NCBI GenBank assembly: GCA_965217995.1
Contig: CBDCKB010000002.1
Coordinates: forward strand, 40,385-104,384
Direction of reading: 5' to 3'
Length of the DNA: 64,000 nucleotides
From: Rhodobacterales bacterium
GTDB taxonomy: Bacteria > Pseudomonadota > Alphaproteobacteria > Rhodobacterales > CAZPXZ01
Below, in pieces: positions 27,863-42,800 of the stretch. The position numbers were made by a program, and so were the translations under genes. Position 1 is the first letter of the stretch; every line of letters begins with the position of its first letter. Under the pieces are notes generated by a model, which ran no database searches, was not told where the DNA came from, and saw only the letters and a list, made by a program, of their open reading frames with translations.

Positions 27863-29229
27863 ATCCACTGTAACCACTCGGTAACCTGCTGTAACCTGCT
27901 GTAACCCACTGTAACCTCTCGGTAACCTGCTGTAACCTGCTGTAACCCACTGTAACAACTCGGTAACCTACTGTAAACTGCTATAACCCACTGTAACCAT
28001 TCGGTAACCTGTTGTAACTTGCTGTAACCCCCTGTAACCACTCGGTTACATGCTGTAACCTGCTGTAACCCATTGTAACCACTCGGTAACCTGCTGTAAC
28101 CTGCTGTAACCCACTTTAACAACTCGGTAACCTGCTGTAACCCTCTGTAACCCACTGTAACCACTCGGTAACCTACTGTAACCTGCTGTAACCTACTGTA
28201 ACCTACTGTAACCTCTCGGTAACCTGCTGTAACCTGCTGTAACCCACTGCAACCACTCGGTAACCTGCTGTAACCCACTGTAACCACTCGGTAACCAGCT
28301 GTATCCCGCTGTAACCACTCGGTAAACTGCTGAAACCTGCTCTAAACCTCTGTAACCACTCGGTAACCTGCTGTAACCTGCTGTAACCTGCTGTTACCTG
28401 CTGTAACCCACTGTAACCATTCGGTAACCTGCTGTAACATTCTGTAACCCACTGTAACCACTCGGTAACCCACTGTAACCCACTGTAACCACTCGGTAAC
28501 TTGCTGTGACCTGCTATAACCCACTGCAACTACTCGGTAACCTGCTGTAAACTGCTGTAACCTGCTGTAACCCACTGTAACCACTCGATAACCTACTGTA
28601 AACTGCTGTAACCCACTGTTACCACTCGGTAACCTGCTGTAACGAGCTGATACAACTCGGCAACCTGCTGTAACCTGCCGTAACCTAATGCAAACACTCT
28701 GTAACCAGTTGTAACCTGCTGTAACCCGCAATAACCACTCGGTAACCTGCTGTAACCTGCTGTATCCCACTGTAATCTCTCGGTAACCTGCTGTAACCTA
28801 CTGTAACCTGCAGTAACCCACTGTAACCACTCGGTAACTTGCTGTAACCAGCTGTGACCCACTGTAACTACTCGGTAACCTGTTGTAACCAACTGAAACC
28901 ACTCGGTAACCTGCTGTAACCTGCTGTAACCGACTGTAACCACTCGGAAACTTGCTGTAACCTGCTGTAACCAACTGTAACCACTCGGTAACCTGCGGGC
29001 ACTTGCTGTAACACACTGTAACCACTCGGTAAACTGCTGTAATCTGCTGTAACGCACTGTAACCTCTTAGTAACCTCCTGTAATCTGCTGTAACCCACTG
29101 TAACTACTCGGTAATCTGCTTCAACCTGCTGTAACCCTCTGTAACCACTCGGTAACCTGCTGTAACCTGCTGTAACCCACTGTAAACTCGGTAACCTGCT
29201 GTAACCAACTGTAACCCACTGTAACCACT

Positions 29230-30180
29230 CAGTAACCTGCTGTAACCTGATGTAACCCACTGTAACCACTCGGTAACCTGTTGTAAGCTGCTGTAACCCA
29301 CAGTAACCACTCGGTAACCTGTAGTAACCTGCTGTAACCCACTGTAACCACTCGATAACCTGTTCTAAACTGCTGTAACCCACTGTAACCTCTCGGTAAC
29401 CTGCTGTAGTCTGCTGTAACCCATTGTAACCACTCGGTAACCTGCTGTAACCTGCTGTGACCCATTGTAACCACTCGGAAACCTGCTGTAACCCACTGTA
29501 ACCCCTCGGTAACCTGCTGTAACCTGCTGTAACCCACTGTAACCACTCGGTAACCTGCTGTAACCTGATGTAACCCACTGTAACCAGTCGGTATTCTGTT
29601 GTAAGCTGCTGTAACCCACAGTAACCACTCGGTAACCTGTAGTAACCTGCTGTAACCCACTGTAACCACTCGATAACCTGTTCTAAACTGCTGTAACCCA
29701 CTGTAACCTCTCGGTAACCTGCTGTAGTCTGCTGTAACCCATTGTAACCACTCGGTAACCTGCTGTAACCTGCTGTGACCCATTGTAACCACTCGGAAAC
29801 CTGCTGTAACCCACTGTAACCCCTCGGTAACCTGCTGTAACCTGCTGTAACCCACTGTAACCACTCGGTAACCTGCTGTAACCTGATGTAACCCACTGTA
29901 ACCACTCGGTATTCTGTTGTAAGCTGCTGTAACCCACAGTAACCACTCGGTAACCTGTTGTAACCTGCTGTAACCCACTGTAAACACTCGATAACCTGTT
30001 CTAACCTGCTGTAACCCACTGTAACCTCTCGGTAACCTGCTGTAGTCTGCTGTAACCGATTGTAACCACTCGGTAACCTGCTGTAACCTGCTGTGACCCA
30101 TTGTAACCACTCAGAAACCTGCTGTAACCCACTGTAACCCCTCGGTAACCTGCTGTAACCTGCTGTAACCCACTGTAACC
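29230..30180. repeat. Satellite A local 318-bp HOR, about 3 copies
   Basis: The marker ctcgataacctgttctaa occurs at 29351, 29669 and 29987 (318-bp steps). ORFs 29365..29628 and 29683..29946 are near identical. Confidence 0.88.
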
Positions 30181-30899
30181 ACTCGGTAACCTGCTGTAAC
30201 CCACTGTAAACACTCGGTAACCTGCTGTAGCCCACTGTAACCACTCGGTAACCTGCTGTAACCAGCTGTAACCCACTGTAACCACTCGGTAACCTGCTGT
30301 AACCCACTGTAACCACTCTGTAACTTGCTGTAACCTGCTGTAACGCACTGTAACTACTCGGTAACCTGCTGTAACCCACTCTAACCACTCGGTAACCTGA
30401 AGTAATCTTCTGTGACCCACTGTAACCACTCGGTAACCTGCTGTAACCTGCCACTGTTACCAATCGGTAACCTGCTGTAACCTGCTGTAACCCACTGTAA
30501 CCACTCGGTAACCTGCTGTGTAAGCACTCGGTAACCTGCTGTAACCCACTGTAACTTCTCGGTAACCTCTCGGTAACCTGCTGTAACCCACTGTAACAAC
30601 TCGGTAACCTACTGTAAACCTGCTGTAACCTGCTGTAACTCAATGTAATCACTCGGTAACCTGCTGTAACCTGCTGTAACCAACTGTAACCATTCGGTAA
30701 CCTGCTGTAACATTCTGTAACCCACTGTAACCACTCGGTAACCTGCTGTAACCCACTGTAACCACTCGGTAACTTGCTGTGACCTGCTATAACCCACTGC
30801 AACTACTCGGTAACCTGCTGTAAACTGCTGTAACCTGCTGTAACCCACTGTAACCACTCGATAACCTACTGTAACCCACTGTAACCACTCGGTAACCTG

Positions 30900-33800
30900 C
30901 TGTAACCCAATGTAACCACTCGGAAACCTGCTGTAACCTGCTGTAGCCCACTGTAACCATTAGGTAACCCACTGTAACCACTCGGTAACCTGCTGTAACC
31001 CATTGTAAACACTCTGTAACTTGCTGTAACCTGTTGTAACCCACTGTACACACGCAGTAACCTGCTGTAACCTGCTGTAACGCACTGTAACCTCTCGGTA
31101 ACCTGCTGTAACATTCTGTAACCCACTGTAACTTGCTGTAACCCACTGTAACCACTCGATAACCTGCAATAACCTTCTGTAACCCACTGTAACCAATCGG
31201 TAACCTGCTGTAACCTGCTGTAACCCACTGTAACCACTCGGTGACCTGCTGTAACCTGCCACTGTAACCAATTGGTAAACTGCTGTAACCAGCTGTAACC
31301 CACTGTAACCACTCGGTAACCTGCTGTAACCCACTGTAACCCCTCGGTAACCTGCTATAACCTGCTGTAACCCACTGTAACCACTCGGTCACCTGCTGTA
31401 ACCCACTGTAACCACTCGGTAACCTGCTGTAACCTGCTGTAGCTCACTGTAACCACTCGGTAACCTGCTGTAACCAGCTGTAACCCACTGTAACCACTCG
31501 GTAACCTGCTGTAACCCACTGTAACCACTCTGTAACTTGCTGTAACCTGCTGTAACACACTGTAACCACTCGGTAACCTGCTGTAACCCACTGTAACCAC
31601 TCGGTAACCTGCAGTAATCTTCTGTGACCCACTGTAACCACTCGGTAACCTGCTGTAACCTGCCACTTTTACCAATCGGTAACCTGCTGTAACCTGCTGT
31701 AACCCACTGTAACCACTCGGTAACCTGCTGTAACCTGCTGTGTAAGCACTCGGTAACCTGCTGTAACCCACTGTAACCTCTCGGTAACCTGCTGTAACCT
31801 ACTGTAATCCACTGTAACCACTCGGTAACCTGCTGTAACCTGCTGTAACCCACTGTAACCACTCGGTGACCTATTGTAACCTGCTGTAACCCACTGTAAC
31901 CACTCGGTAACCTGCTGTAACCTGCTGTAACCCACTGTAACCTCTCGGTAACCTGCTGTAACCTGCTGTAACCCACTGTAACCACTCGGTAACCTGCTGT
32001 GACCTGTTATAACCCACTGTAATCACTCGGTAACCTGCTGTATCCTTCTGTAATACACTGTAACCAATCGGTAACCTGCTGTAACCTGCTGTAACCCACT
32101 GTAACCACTCGGTAACCTGCTGTTACCTGCTGTGTAAGCACTCGGTGACCTGCTGTAACCCTCTGTAACCTCTCGGTAACCTGCTGTAACCTACTGTAAC
32201 CTACTGTAACCACTCGGTAACCTGCTGTAACCTGCTGTAACCCACTGTAACCACTCGATGACCTATTGTAACATGCTGTAACCCACTGTAACCACTCGGT
32301 AACCTGCTGTAACCTGCTGTAACCCACTGTAACCACTCGGTAAACTGCTGTAACCTGCTGTAACCGGCTGTAACCACTCGGTAACCTGCTGCAACCTGCT
32401 GTAACCCACTGTAACAACTCGGTTACCAGCTGTAACCTGCCGTAACCCACTGTAACCACTAGTTTACCTGCTGTAACCTGCCTTAACCTGCTGTAACCTA
32501 CCGTAACCACTCGGTAACATGCTGTAACTTGCTGTAACCCACCGTAACCACTCGGTAACCTGCTGTAACCCACTGTAACCTCTCGGTAACCTACAGTATC
32601 CTTCTGTAACCCACTGTAACAACTCGGTAACCTGCTGTAACTTGCTGTAACCCACTGTAACCACTCGGTAACCTTCTGTAACCTGCTGTAACCCACTGTA
32701 ACAACTCGGTATCCTGCTGTAACCTGCTATAACCCGTTGTAACCACTCGGTAACCTGCTGTAACCTGATGTAACCCACTGTAACCACTCGGTAACCTGCT
32801 GTAACTATCTGTAACCACTCGGTAATCTGCTGTAACCTGCTGTAACCCATTGTAACCATTCGGTAAACTGCTGTAACCTGATGTAACCCACTGTAACCAC
32901 ACGGAAACCTTCTGTAACCCACTATAACCCACTGTAACCACTCGGTAACCTGCTGTAACCCACTGTAACCACTCGGTAACCTGCTGTAACCCACTGTAAC
33001 CACTCGGTAACCTGCTGTAACCCACTGTAACCACTCGGAAACCTGCTGTAACCTGCTGTAGCCCACTGTAACCATTAGGTAACCCACTGTAACCACTCGG
33101 TAACCTGCTGTAACCCACTGTAAACACTCTGTAACTTGCTGTAACCTGTTGTAACCCACTGTACACACGCAGTAACCTGCTGTAACCTGCTGTAACGCAC
33201 TGTAACCTCTCGGTAACCTGCTGTAACATTCTGTAACCCACTGTAACCTGCTGTAACCCACTGTAACCACTCGATAACCTGCAGTAACCTTCTGTAACCC
33301 ACTGTAACCAATCGGTAACCTGCTGTAACCTGCTGTAACCCACTGTAACCACTCGGTGACCTGCTGTAACCTGCCACTGTAACCAATTGGTAACCTGCTG
33401 TAACCAGCTGTAACCCACTGTAACCACTCGGTAACCTGCTGTAACCTGCTGTGTAAGTACTCGGTTTCCTGCTGTAACCCACTGTAACCACTCGGAAACC
33501 TGCTGTAACCTTCTGTAGCCCACTGTAACCATTAGGTAACCCACTGTAACCACTCGGTAACCTGCTGTAACCCACTGTAAACACTCTGTAACTTCCTGTA
33601 ACCTGTTGTAACCCACTGTACACACGCAGTAACCTTCTGTAACCTGCTGTAACCCACTGTAACCACTCGGTAACCTGCTGTAACCTGCTGTAACCCACTG
33701 TAACCACTCGGTAAACTGCTGTAACCTGCTGTAACCGGCTGTAACCACTCGGTAACCTGCTGCAACCTGCTGTAACCCACTGTAACAACTCGGTTACCAG

Positions 33801-36800
33801 CTGTAACCTGCCGTAACCCACTGTAACCACTAGTTTACCTTCTGTAACCTGCCTTAACCTGCTGTAACCTACCGTAACCACTCGGTAACATGCTGTAACT
33901 TGCTGTAACCCACCGTAACCACTCGGTAACCTGCTGTAACCCACTGTAACCTCTCGGTAACCTACTGTATCCTTCTGTAACCCACTGTAACAACTCGGTA
34001 ACCTGCTGTAACTTGCTGTAACCCACTGTAACCACTCGGTAACCTTCTGTAACCTGCTGTAACCCACTGTAACAACTCGGTATCCTGCTGTAACCTGCTA
34101 TAACCCGTTGTAACCACTCGGTAACCTGCTGTAACCTGATGTAACCCACTGTAACCACTCGGTAAACTGCTGTAACCCACTGTAACCACTCTGTAACTTG
34201 CTGTAACCTGCTGTAACACACTGTAACCACTCGGTAACCTGCTGTAACCCACTGTAACCACTCGGTAACCTGCAGTAATCTTCTGTGACCCACTGTAACC
34301 ACTCGGTAACCTGCTGTAACCTGCCACTTTTACCAATCGGTAACCTGCTGTAACCTGCTGTAACCCACTGTAACCACTCGGTAACCTGCTGTAACCTGCT
34401 GTGTAAGCACTCGGTAACCTGCTGTAACCCACTGTAACCTCTCGGTAACCTGCTGTAACCTACTGTAATCCACTGTAACCACTCGGTAACCTGCTGTAAC
34501 CTGCTGTAACCCACTGTAACCACTCGGTGACCTATTGTAACCTGCTGTAACCCACTGTAACCACTCGGTAACCTGCTGTAACCTGCTGTAACCCACTGTA
34601 ACCTCTCGGTAACCTGCTGTAACCTGCTGTAACCCACTGTAACCACTCGGTAACCTGCTGTGACCTGTTATAACCCACTGTAATCACTCGGTAACCTGCT
34701 GTATCCTTCTGTAATACACTGTAACCAATCGGTAACCTGCTGTAACCTGCTGTAACCCACTGTAACCACTCGGTAACCTGCTGTTACCTGCTGTGTAAGC
34801 ACTCGGTGACCTGCTGTAACCCTCTGTAACCTCTCGGTAACCTGCTGTAACCTACTGTAACCTACTGTAACCACTCGGTAACCTGCTGTAACCTGCTGTA
34901 ACCCACTGTAACCACTCGATGACCTATTGTAACATGCTGTAACCCACTGTAACCACTCGGTAACCTGCTGTAACCTGCTGTAACCCACTGTAACCACTCG
35001 GTAAACTGCTGTAACCTGCTGTAACCGGCTGTAACCACTCGGTAACCTGCTGCAACCTGCTGTAACCCACTGTAACAACTCGGTTACCAGCTGTAACCTG
35101 CCGTAACCCACTGTAACCACTAGTTTACCTGCTGTAACCTGCCTTAACCTGCTGTAACCTACCGTAACCACTCGGTAACATGCTGTAACTTGCTGTAACC
35201 CACCGTAACCACTCGGTAACCTGCTGTAACCCACTGTAACCTCTCGGTAACCTACAGTATCCTTCTGTAACCCACTGTAACAACTCGGTAACCTGCTGTA
35301 ACTTGCTGTAACCCACTGTAACCACTCGGTAACCTTCTGTAACCTGCTGTAACCTGCTGTAACAACTCGGTATCCTGCTGTAACCTGCTATAACCCGTTG
35401 TAACCACTCGGTAACCTGCTGTAACCTGATGTAACCCACTGTAACCACTCGGTAACCTGCTGTAACTATCTGTAACCACTCGGTAATCTGCTGTAACCTG
35501 CTGTAACCCATTGTAACCATTCGGTAAACTGCTGTAACCTGATGTAACCCACTGTAACCACACGGAAACCTTCTGTAACCCACTATAACCCACTGTAACC
35601 ACTCGGTAACCTGCTGTAACCCACTGTAACCACTCGGTAACCTGCTGTAACCCACTGTAACCACTCGGTAACCTGCTGTAACCCACTGTAACCACTCGGA
35701 AACCTGCTGTAACCTGCTGTAGCCCACTGTAACCATTAGGTAACCCACTGTAACCACTCGGTAACCTGCTGTAACCCACTGTAAACACTCTGTAACTTGC
35801 TGTAACCTGTTGTAACCCACTGTACACACGCAGTAACCTGCTGTAACCTGCTGTAACGCACTGTAACCTCTCGGTAACCTACTGTAACATTCTGTAACCC
35901 ACTGTAACCTGCTGTAACCCACTGTAACCACTCGATAACCTGCAGTAACCTTCTGTAACCCACTGTAACCAATCGGTAACCTGCTGTAACCTGCTGTAAC
36001 CCACTGTAACCACTCGGTGACCTGCTGTAACCTGCCACTGTAACCAATTGGTAACCTGCTGTAACCAGCTGTAACCCACTGTAACCACTCGGTAACCTGC
36101 TGTAACCTGCTGTGTAAGTACTCGGTTTCCTGCTGTAACCCACTGTAACCACTCGGAAACCTGCTGTAACCTTCTGTAGCCCACTGTAACCATTAGGTAA
36201 CCCACTGTAACCACTCGGTAACCTGCTGTAACCCACTGTAAACACTCTGTAACTTCCTGTAACCTGTTGTAACCCACTGTACACACGCAGTAACCTTCTG
36301 TAACCTGCTGTAACCCACTGTAACCACTCGGTAACCTGCTGTAACCTGCTGTAACCCACTGTAACCACTCGGTAAACTGCTGTAACCTGCTGTAACCGGC
36401 TGTAACCACTCGGTAACCTGCTGCAACCTGCTGTAACCCACTGTAACAACTCGGTTACCAGCTGTAACCTGCCGTAACCCACTGTAACCACTAGTTTACC
36501 TTCTGTAACCTGCCTTAACCTGCTGTAACCTACCGTAACCACTCGGTAACATGCTGTAACTTGCTGTAACCCACCGTAACCACTCGGTAACCTGCTGTAA
36601 CCCACTGTAACCTCTCGGTAACCTACTGTATCCTTCTGTAACCCACTGTAACAACTCGGTAACCTGCTGTAACTTGCTGTAACCCACTGTAACCACTCGG
36701 TAACCTTCTGTAACCTGCTGTAACCCACTGTAACAACTCGGTATCCTGCTGTAACCTGCTATAACCCGTTGTAACCACTCGGTAACCTGCTGTAACCTGA

Positions 36801-39800
36801 TGTAACCCACTGTAACCACTCGGTAACCTGCTGTAACTATCTGTAACCACTCGGTAATCTGCTGTAACCTGCTGTAACCCATTGTAACCATTCGGTAAAC
36901 TGCTGTAACCTGATGTAACCCACTGTAACCACACGGAAACCTTCTGTAACCCACTGTAATCCACTGTAACCACTCGGTAACCTGCTGTAACCCACTGTAA
37001 CCACTCGATAACCTGCAGTAACCTTCTGTAACCCACTGTAACCAATCGGTAACCTGCTGTAACCTGCTGTAACCCACTGTAACCACTCGGTGACCTGCTG
37101 TAACCTGCCACTGTAACCAATTGGTAACCTGCTGTAACCAGCTGTAACCCACTGTAACCACTCGGTAACCTGCTGTAACCTGCTGTGTAAGTACTCGGTT
37201 TCCTGCTGTAACCCACTGTAACCACTCGGAAACCTGCTGTAACCTGCTGTAGCCCACTGTAACCATTAGGTAACCCACTGTAACCACTCGGTAACCTGCT
37301 GTAACCCACTGTAAACACTCTGTAACTTCCTGTAACCTGTTGTAACCCACTGTACACACGCAGTAACCTTGTGTAACCTGCTGTAACCCACTGTAACCAC
37401 TCGGTAACCTGCTGTAACCTGCTGTAACCCACTGTAACCACTCGGTAAACTGCTGTAACCTGCTGTAACCGGCTGTAACCACTCGGTAACCTGCTGCAAC
37501 CTGCTGTAACCCACTGTAACAACTCGGTTACCAGCTGTAACCTGCCGTAACCCACTGTAACCACTAGTTTACCTTCTGTAACCTGCCTTAACCTGCTGTA
37601 ACCTACCGTAACCACTCGGTAACATTCTGTAACTTGCTGTAACCCACCGTAACCACTCGGTAACCTGCTGTAACCCACTGTAACCTCTCGGTAACCTACT
37701 GTATCCTTCTGTAACCCACTGTAACAACTCGGTAACCTGCTGTAACTTGCTGTAACCCACTGTAACCACTCGGTAACCTTCTGTAACCTGCTGTAACCCA
37801 CTGTAACAACTCGGTATCCTGCTGTAACCTGCTATAACCCGTTGTAACCACTCGGTAACCTGCTGTAACCTGATGTAACCCACTGTAACCACTCGGTAAC
37901 CTGCTGTAACTATCTGTAACCACTCGGTAATCTGCTGTAACCTGCTGTAACCCATTGTAACCATTCGGTAAACTGCTGTAACCTGATGTAACCCACTGTA
38001 ACCACACGGAAACCTTCTGTAACCCACTGTAATCCACTGTAACCACTCGGTAACCTGCTGTAACCCACTGTAACCACTCGGTAACCTGCTGTAACCCACT
38101 GTAACCACTAGGAAACCTGCTGTAACCTGCTGTAGCCCACTGTAACCATTAGGTAACCCACTGTAACCACTCGGTAACCTGCTGTAACCCACTGTAAACA
38201 CTCTGTAACTTGCTGTAACCTGTTGTAACCCACTGTACACACGCAGTAACCTTCTGTAACCTGCTGTAACCCACTGTAACAACTCGGTATCCTGCTGTAA
38301 CCTGCTATAACCCGTTGTAACCACTCGGTAACCTGCTGTAACCAGCTGTAACCCACTGTAACCACTCGGTAACCTGCTGTAACCCACTGTAACCCCTCGG
38401 TAACCTGCTATAACCTGCTGTAACCCACTGTAACCACTCGGTTACCTGCTGTAACCCACTGTAACCACTCGGTAACCTGCTGTAACCTGCTGTAACCCAC
38501 TGTAACCACTCGGTAAACTGCTGTAACCTGCTGTAACCCACTGTAACCACTCTGTAACTTGCTGTAACCTGCTGTAACACACTGTAACCACTCGGTAACC
38601 TGCTGTAACCCACTGTAACCACTCGGTAACCTGCAGTAATCTTCTGTGACCCACTGTAACCACTCGGTAACCTGCTGTAACCTGCCACTTTTACCAATCG
38701 GTAACCTGCTGTAACCTGCTGTAACCCACTGTAACCACTCGGTAACCTGCTGTAACCTGCTGTGTAAGCACTCGGTAACCTGCTGTAACCCACTGTAACC
38801 TCTCGGTAACCTGCTGTAACCTACTGTAATCCACTGTAACCACTCGGTAACCTGCTGTAACCTGCTGTAACCCACTGTAACCACTCGGTGACCTATTGTA
38901 ACCTGCTGTAACCCACTGTAACCACTCGGTAACCTGCTGTAACCTGCTGTAACCCACTGTAACCTCTCGGTAACCTGCTGTAACCTGCTGTAACCCACTG
39001 TAACCACTCGGTAACCTGCTGTGACCTGTTATAACCCACTGTAATCACTCGGTAACCTGCTGTATCCTTCTGTAATACACTGTAACCAATCGGTAACCTG
39101 CTGTAACCTGCTGTAACCCACTGTAACCACTCGGTAACCTGCTGTTACCTGCTGTGTAAGCACTCGGTGACCTGCTGTAACCCTCTGTAACCTCTCGGTA
39201 ACCTGCTGTAACCTACTGTAAACTACTGTATCCACTCGGTAACCTGCTGTAACCTGCTGTAACCCACTGTAACCACTCGATGACCTATTGTAACATGCTG
39301 TAACCCACTGTAACCACTCGGTAACCTGCTGTAACCTGCTGTAACCCACTGTAACCATTCGGTAAACTGCTGTAACCTGCTGTAACCGGCTGTAACCACT
39401 CGGTAACCTGCTGCAACCTGCTGTAACCCACTGTAACAACTCGGTTACCAGCTGTAACCTGCCGTAACCCACTGTAACCACTAGTTTACCTGATGTAACC
39501 TGCCTTAACCTGCTGTAACCTACCGTAACCACTCGGTAACATGCTGTAACTTGCTGTAACCCACCGTAACCACTCGGTAACCTGCTGTAACCCACTGTAA
39601 CCTCTCGGTAACCTACAGTATCCTTCTGTAACCCACTGTAACAACTCGGTAACCTGCTGTAACTTGCTGTAACCCACTGTAACCACTCGGTAACCTTCTG
39701 TAACCTGCTGTAACCCACTGTAACAACTCGGTATCCTGCTGTAACCTGCTATAACCCGTTGTAACCACTCGGTAACCTGCTGTAACCTGATGTAACCCAC

Positions 39801-42800
39801 TGTAACCACTCGGTAACCTGCTGTAACTATCTGTAACCACTCGGTAATCTGCTGTAACCTGCTGTAACCCATTGTAACCATTCGGTAAACTGCTGTAACC
39901 TGATGTAACCCACTGTAACCACACGGAAACCTTCTGTAACCCACTGTAATCCACTGTAACCACTCGGTAACCTGCTGTAACCCACTGTAACCACTCGGTA
40001 ACCTGCTGTAACCCACTGTAACCACTCGAAAACCTGCTGTAACCTGCTGTAGCCCACTGTAACCATTAGGTAACCCACTGTAACCACTCGGTAACCTGCT
40101 GTAACCCACTGTAAACACTCTGTAACTTGCTGTAACCTGTTGTAACCCACTGTACACACGCAGTAACCTTCTGTAACCTGCTGTAACCCACTGTAACAAC
40201 TCGGTATCCTGCTGTAACCTGATATAACCCGTTGTAACCACTCGGTAACCTGCTGTAACCTGATGTAACCCACTGTAACCACTCGGTAACCTTCTGTAAC
40301 TATCTGTAACCACTCGGTAATCTGCTGTAACCTGCTGTAACCCATTGTAACCATTCGGTAAACTGCTGTAACCTGATGTAACCCACTGTAACCACACGGA
40401 AACCTTCTGTAACCCACTGTAACCCACTGTAACCACTCGGTAACCTGCTGTAACCCACTGTAACCACTCGGTAACCTGCTGTAACCCACTGTAACCACTC
40501 GGAAACCTGCTGTAACCTGCTGTAGCCCACTGTAACCATTAGGTAACCCACTGTAACCACTCGGTAACCTGCTGTAACCCACTGTAAACACTCTGTAACT
40601 TGCTGTAACCTGTTGTAACCCACTGTACACACGCAGTAACCTGCTGTAACCTGCTGTAACGCACTGTAACCTCTCGGTAACCTGCTGTAACATTCTGTAA
40701 CCCACTGTAACCTGCTGTAACCCACTGTAACCACTCGATAACCTGCAGTAACCTTCTGTAACCTACTGTAACCAATCGGTAACCTGCTGTAACCTGCTGT
40801 AACCCACTGTAACCACTCGGTGACCTGCTGTAACCTGTAAATGTAACCAATTGGTAACCTGCTGTAACCAGCTGTAACCCACTGTAACCACTCGGTAACC
40901 TGCTGTAACCTGCTGTGTAAGTACTCGGTTTCCTGCTGTAACCCACTGTAACCACTCGGAAACCTGCTGTAACCTGCTGTAGCCCACTGTAACCATTAGG
41001 TAACCCACTGTAACCACTCGGTAACCTGCTGTAACCCACTGTAAACACTCTGTAACTTCCTGTAACCTGTTGTAACCCACTGTACACACGCAGTAACCTG
41101 CTGTAACCTGCTGTAACCCACTGTAACCACTCAGTAACCTGCTGTAACCTGCTGTAACCCACTGTAACCACTCGGTAAACTGCTGTAACCTGCTGTAACC
41201 GGCTGTAACCACTCGGTAACCTGCTGCAACCTGCTGTACCCCACTGTAACAACTCGGTTACCAGCTGTAACCTGCCGTAACCCACTGTAACCACTAGTTT
41301 ACCTGCTGTAACCTGCCTTAACCTGCTGTAACCTACCGTAACCTCTCGGTAACATGCTGTAACTTGCTGTAACCCACCGTAACCACTCGGTAACATGCTG
41401 TAACCCACTGTAACCTCTCGGTAACCTACTGTATCCTTCTGTAATCCACTGTAACAACTCGGTAACCTGCTGTAACTTGCTGTAACCCACTGTAACCACT
41501 CGGTAACCTTCTGTAACCTGCTATAACCCACTGTAACAACTCGGTATCCTGCTGTAACCTGCTATAACCCGTTGTAACCACTCAGTAACCTGCTGTAACC
41601 TGATGTAACCCACTGTAACCACTCGGTAACCTTCTGTAACTATCTGTAACCACTCGGTAATCTGCTGTAACCTGCTGTAACCCATTGTAACCATTCGGTA
41701 AACTGCTGTAACCTGATGTAACCCACTGTAACCACACGGAAACCTTCTGTAACCCACTGTAACCCACTGTAACCACTCGGTAACCTGATGTAACCCACTG
41801 TAACCACTCGGTAACCTGCTGTAACCCACTGTAACCACTCGGAAACCTGCTGTAACCTGCTGTAGCCCACTGTAACCATTAGGTAACCCACTGTAACCAC
41901 TCGGTAACCTGCTGTAACCCACTGTAAATACTCTGTAACTTGCTGTAACCTGTTGTAACCCACTGTACACACGCAGTAACCTGCTGTAACCTGCTGTAAC
42001 GCACTGTAACCTCTCGGTAACCTGCTGTAACATTCTGTAACCCACTGTAACCTGCTGTAACCCACTGTAACCACTCGATAACCTGCAGTAACCTTCTGTA
42101 ACCCACTGTAACCAATCGGTAACCTGCTGTAACCTGCTGTAACCCACTGTAACCACTCGGTGAGCTGCTGTAACCTGCCACTGTAACCAATTGGTAACCT
42201 GCTGTAACCAGCTGTAACCCACTGTAACCACTCGGTAACCTGCTGTAACCTGCTGTGTAAGTACACGGATTCCTGCTGTAACCCACTGTAACCACTCGGA
42301 AACCTGCTGTAACCTGCTGTAGCCCACTGTAACCATTAGGTAACCCACTGTAACCACTCGGTAACCTGCTGTAACCCACTGTAAACACTCTGTAACTTCC
42401 TGTAACCTGTTGTAACCCACTGTACACACGCAGTAACCTGCTGTAACCTGCTGTAACGCACTGTAACCACTCGGTAACCTGCTGTAACCTTCTGTAACCC
42501 ACTGTAACCTGCTGTAACCCACTGTAACCACTCTGTAACCTGCAGTAACCTTCTGTAACCCACTGTAACCCACTGTAACCAATCGGTAACCTGCTGTAAC
42601 CTGCTGTAACACACTGTAACCACTCGGTGACCTGCTGTAACCTGCCACTGTAACCAATTGGTAACCTGCTGTAACCAGCTGTAACCCACTGTAACCACTC
42701 GGTAACCTGCTGTAACCTGCTGTGTAAGTACTCGGTATCCTCCTGTAACCCACTGTAACCTCTCGGTAACCAGCTGTAACCTGATGTAGCCCACTGTAAC

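Noticed and set aside
28868-30802. 644-codon minus-strand ORF, and other long ones such as 41521..42753 (410 codons), 36623..37801 (392 codons) and 32591..33748 (385 codons), encoding GY/VT-rich repeats that might suggest a silk-like or structural repeat protein
   Set aside because: All three minus frames are open at once across the same DNA, and the repeat period (41 bp) is not a multiple of 3. The same peptide words rotate through all frames. Differences between HOR copies show no frame preference that I can see. There is no start context, no exon structure and no non-repeat terminus.
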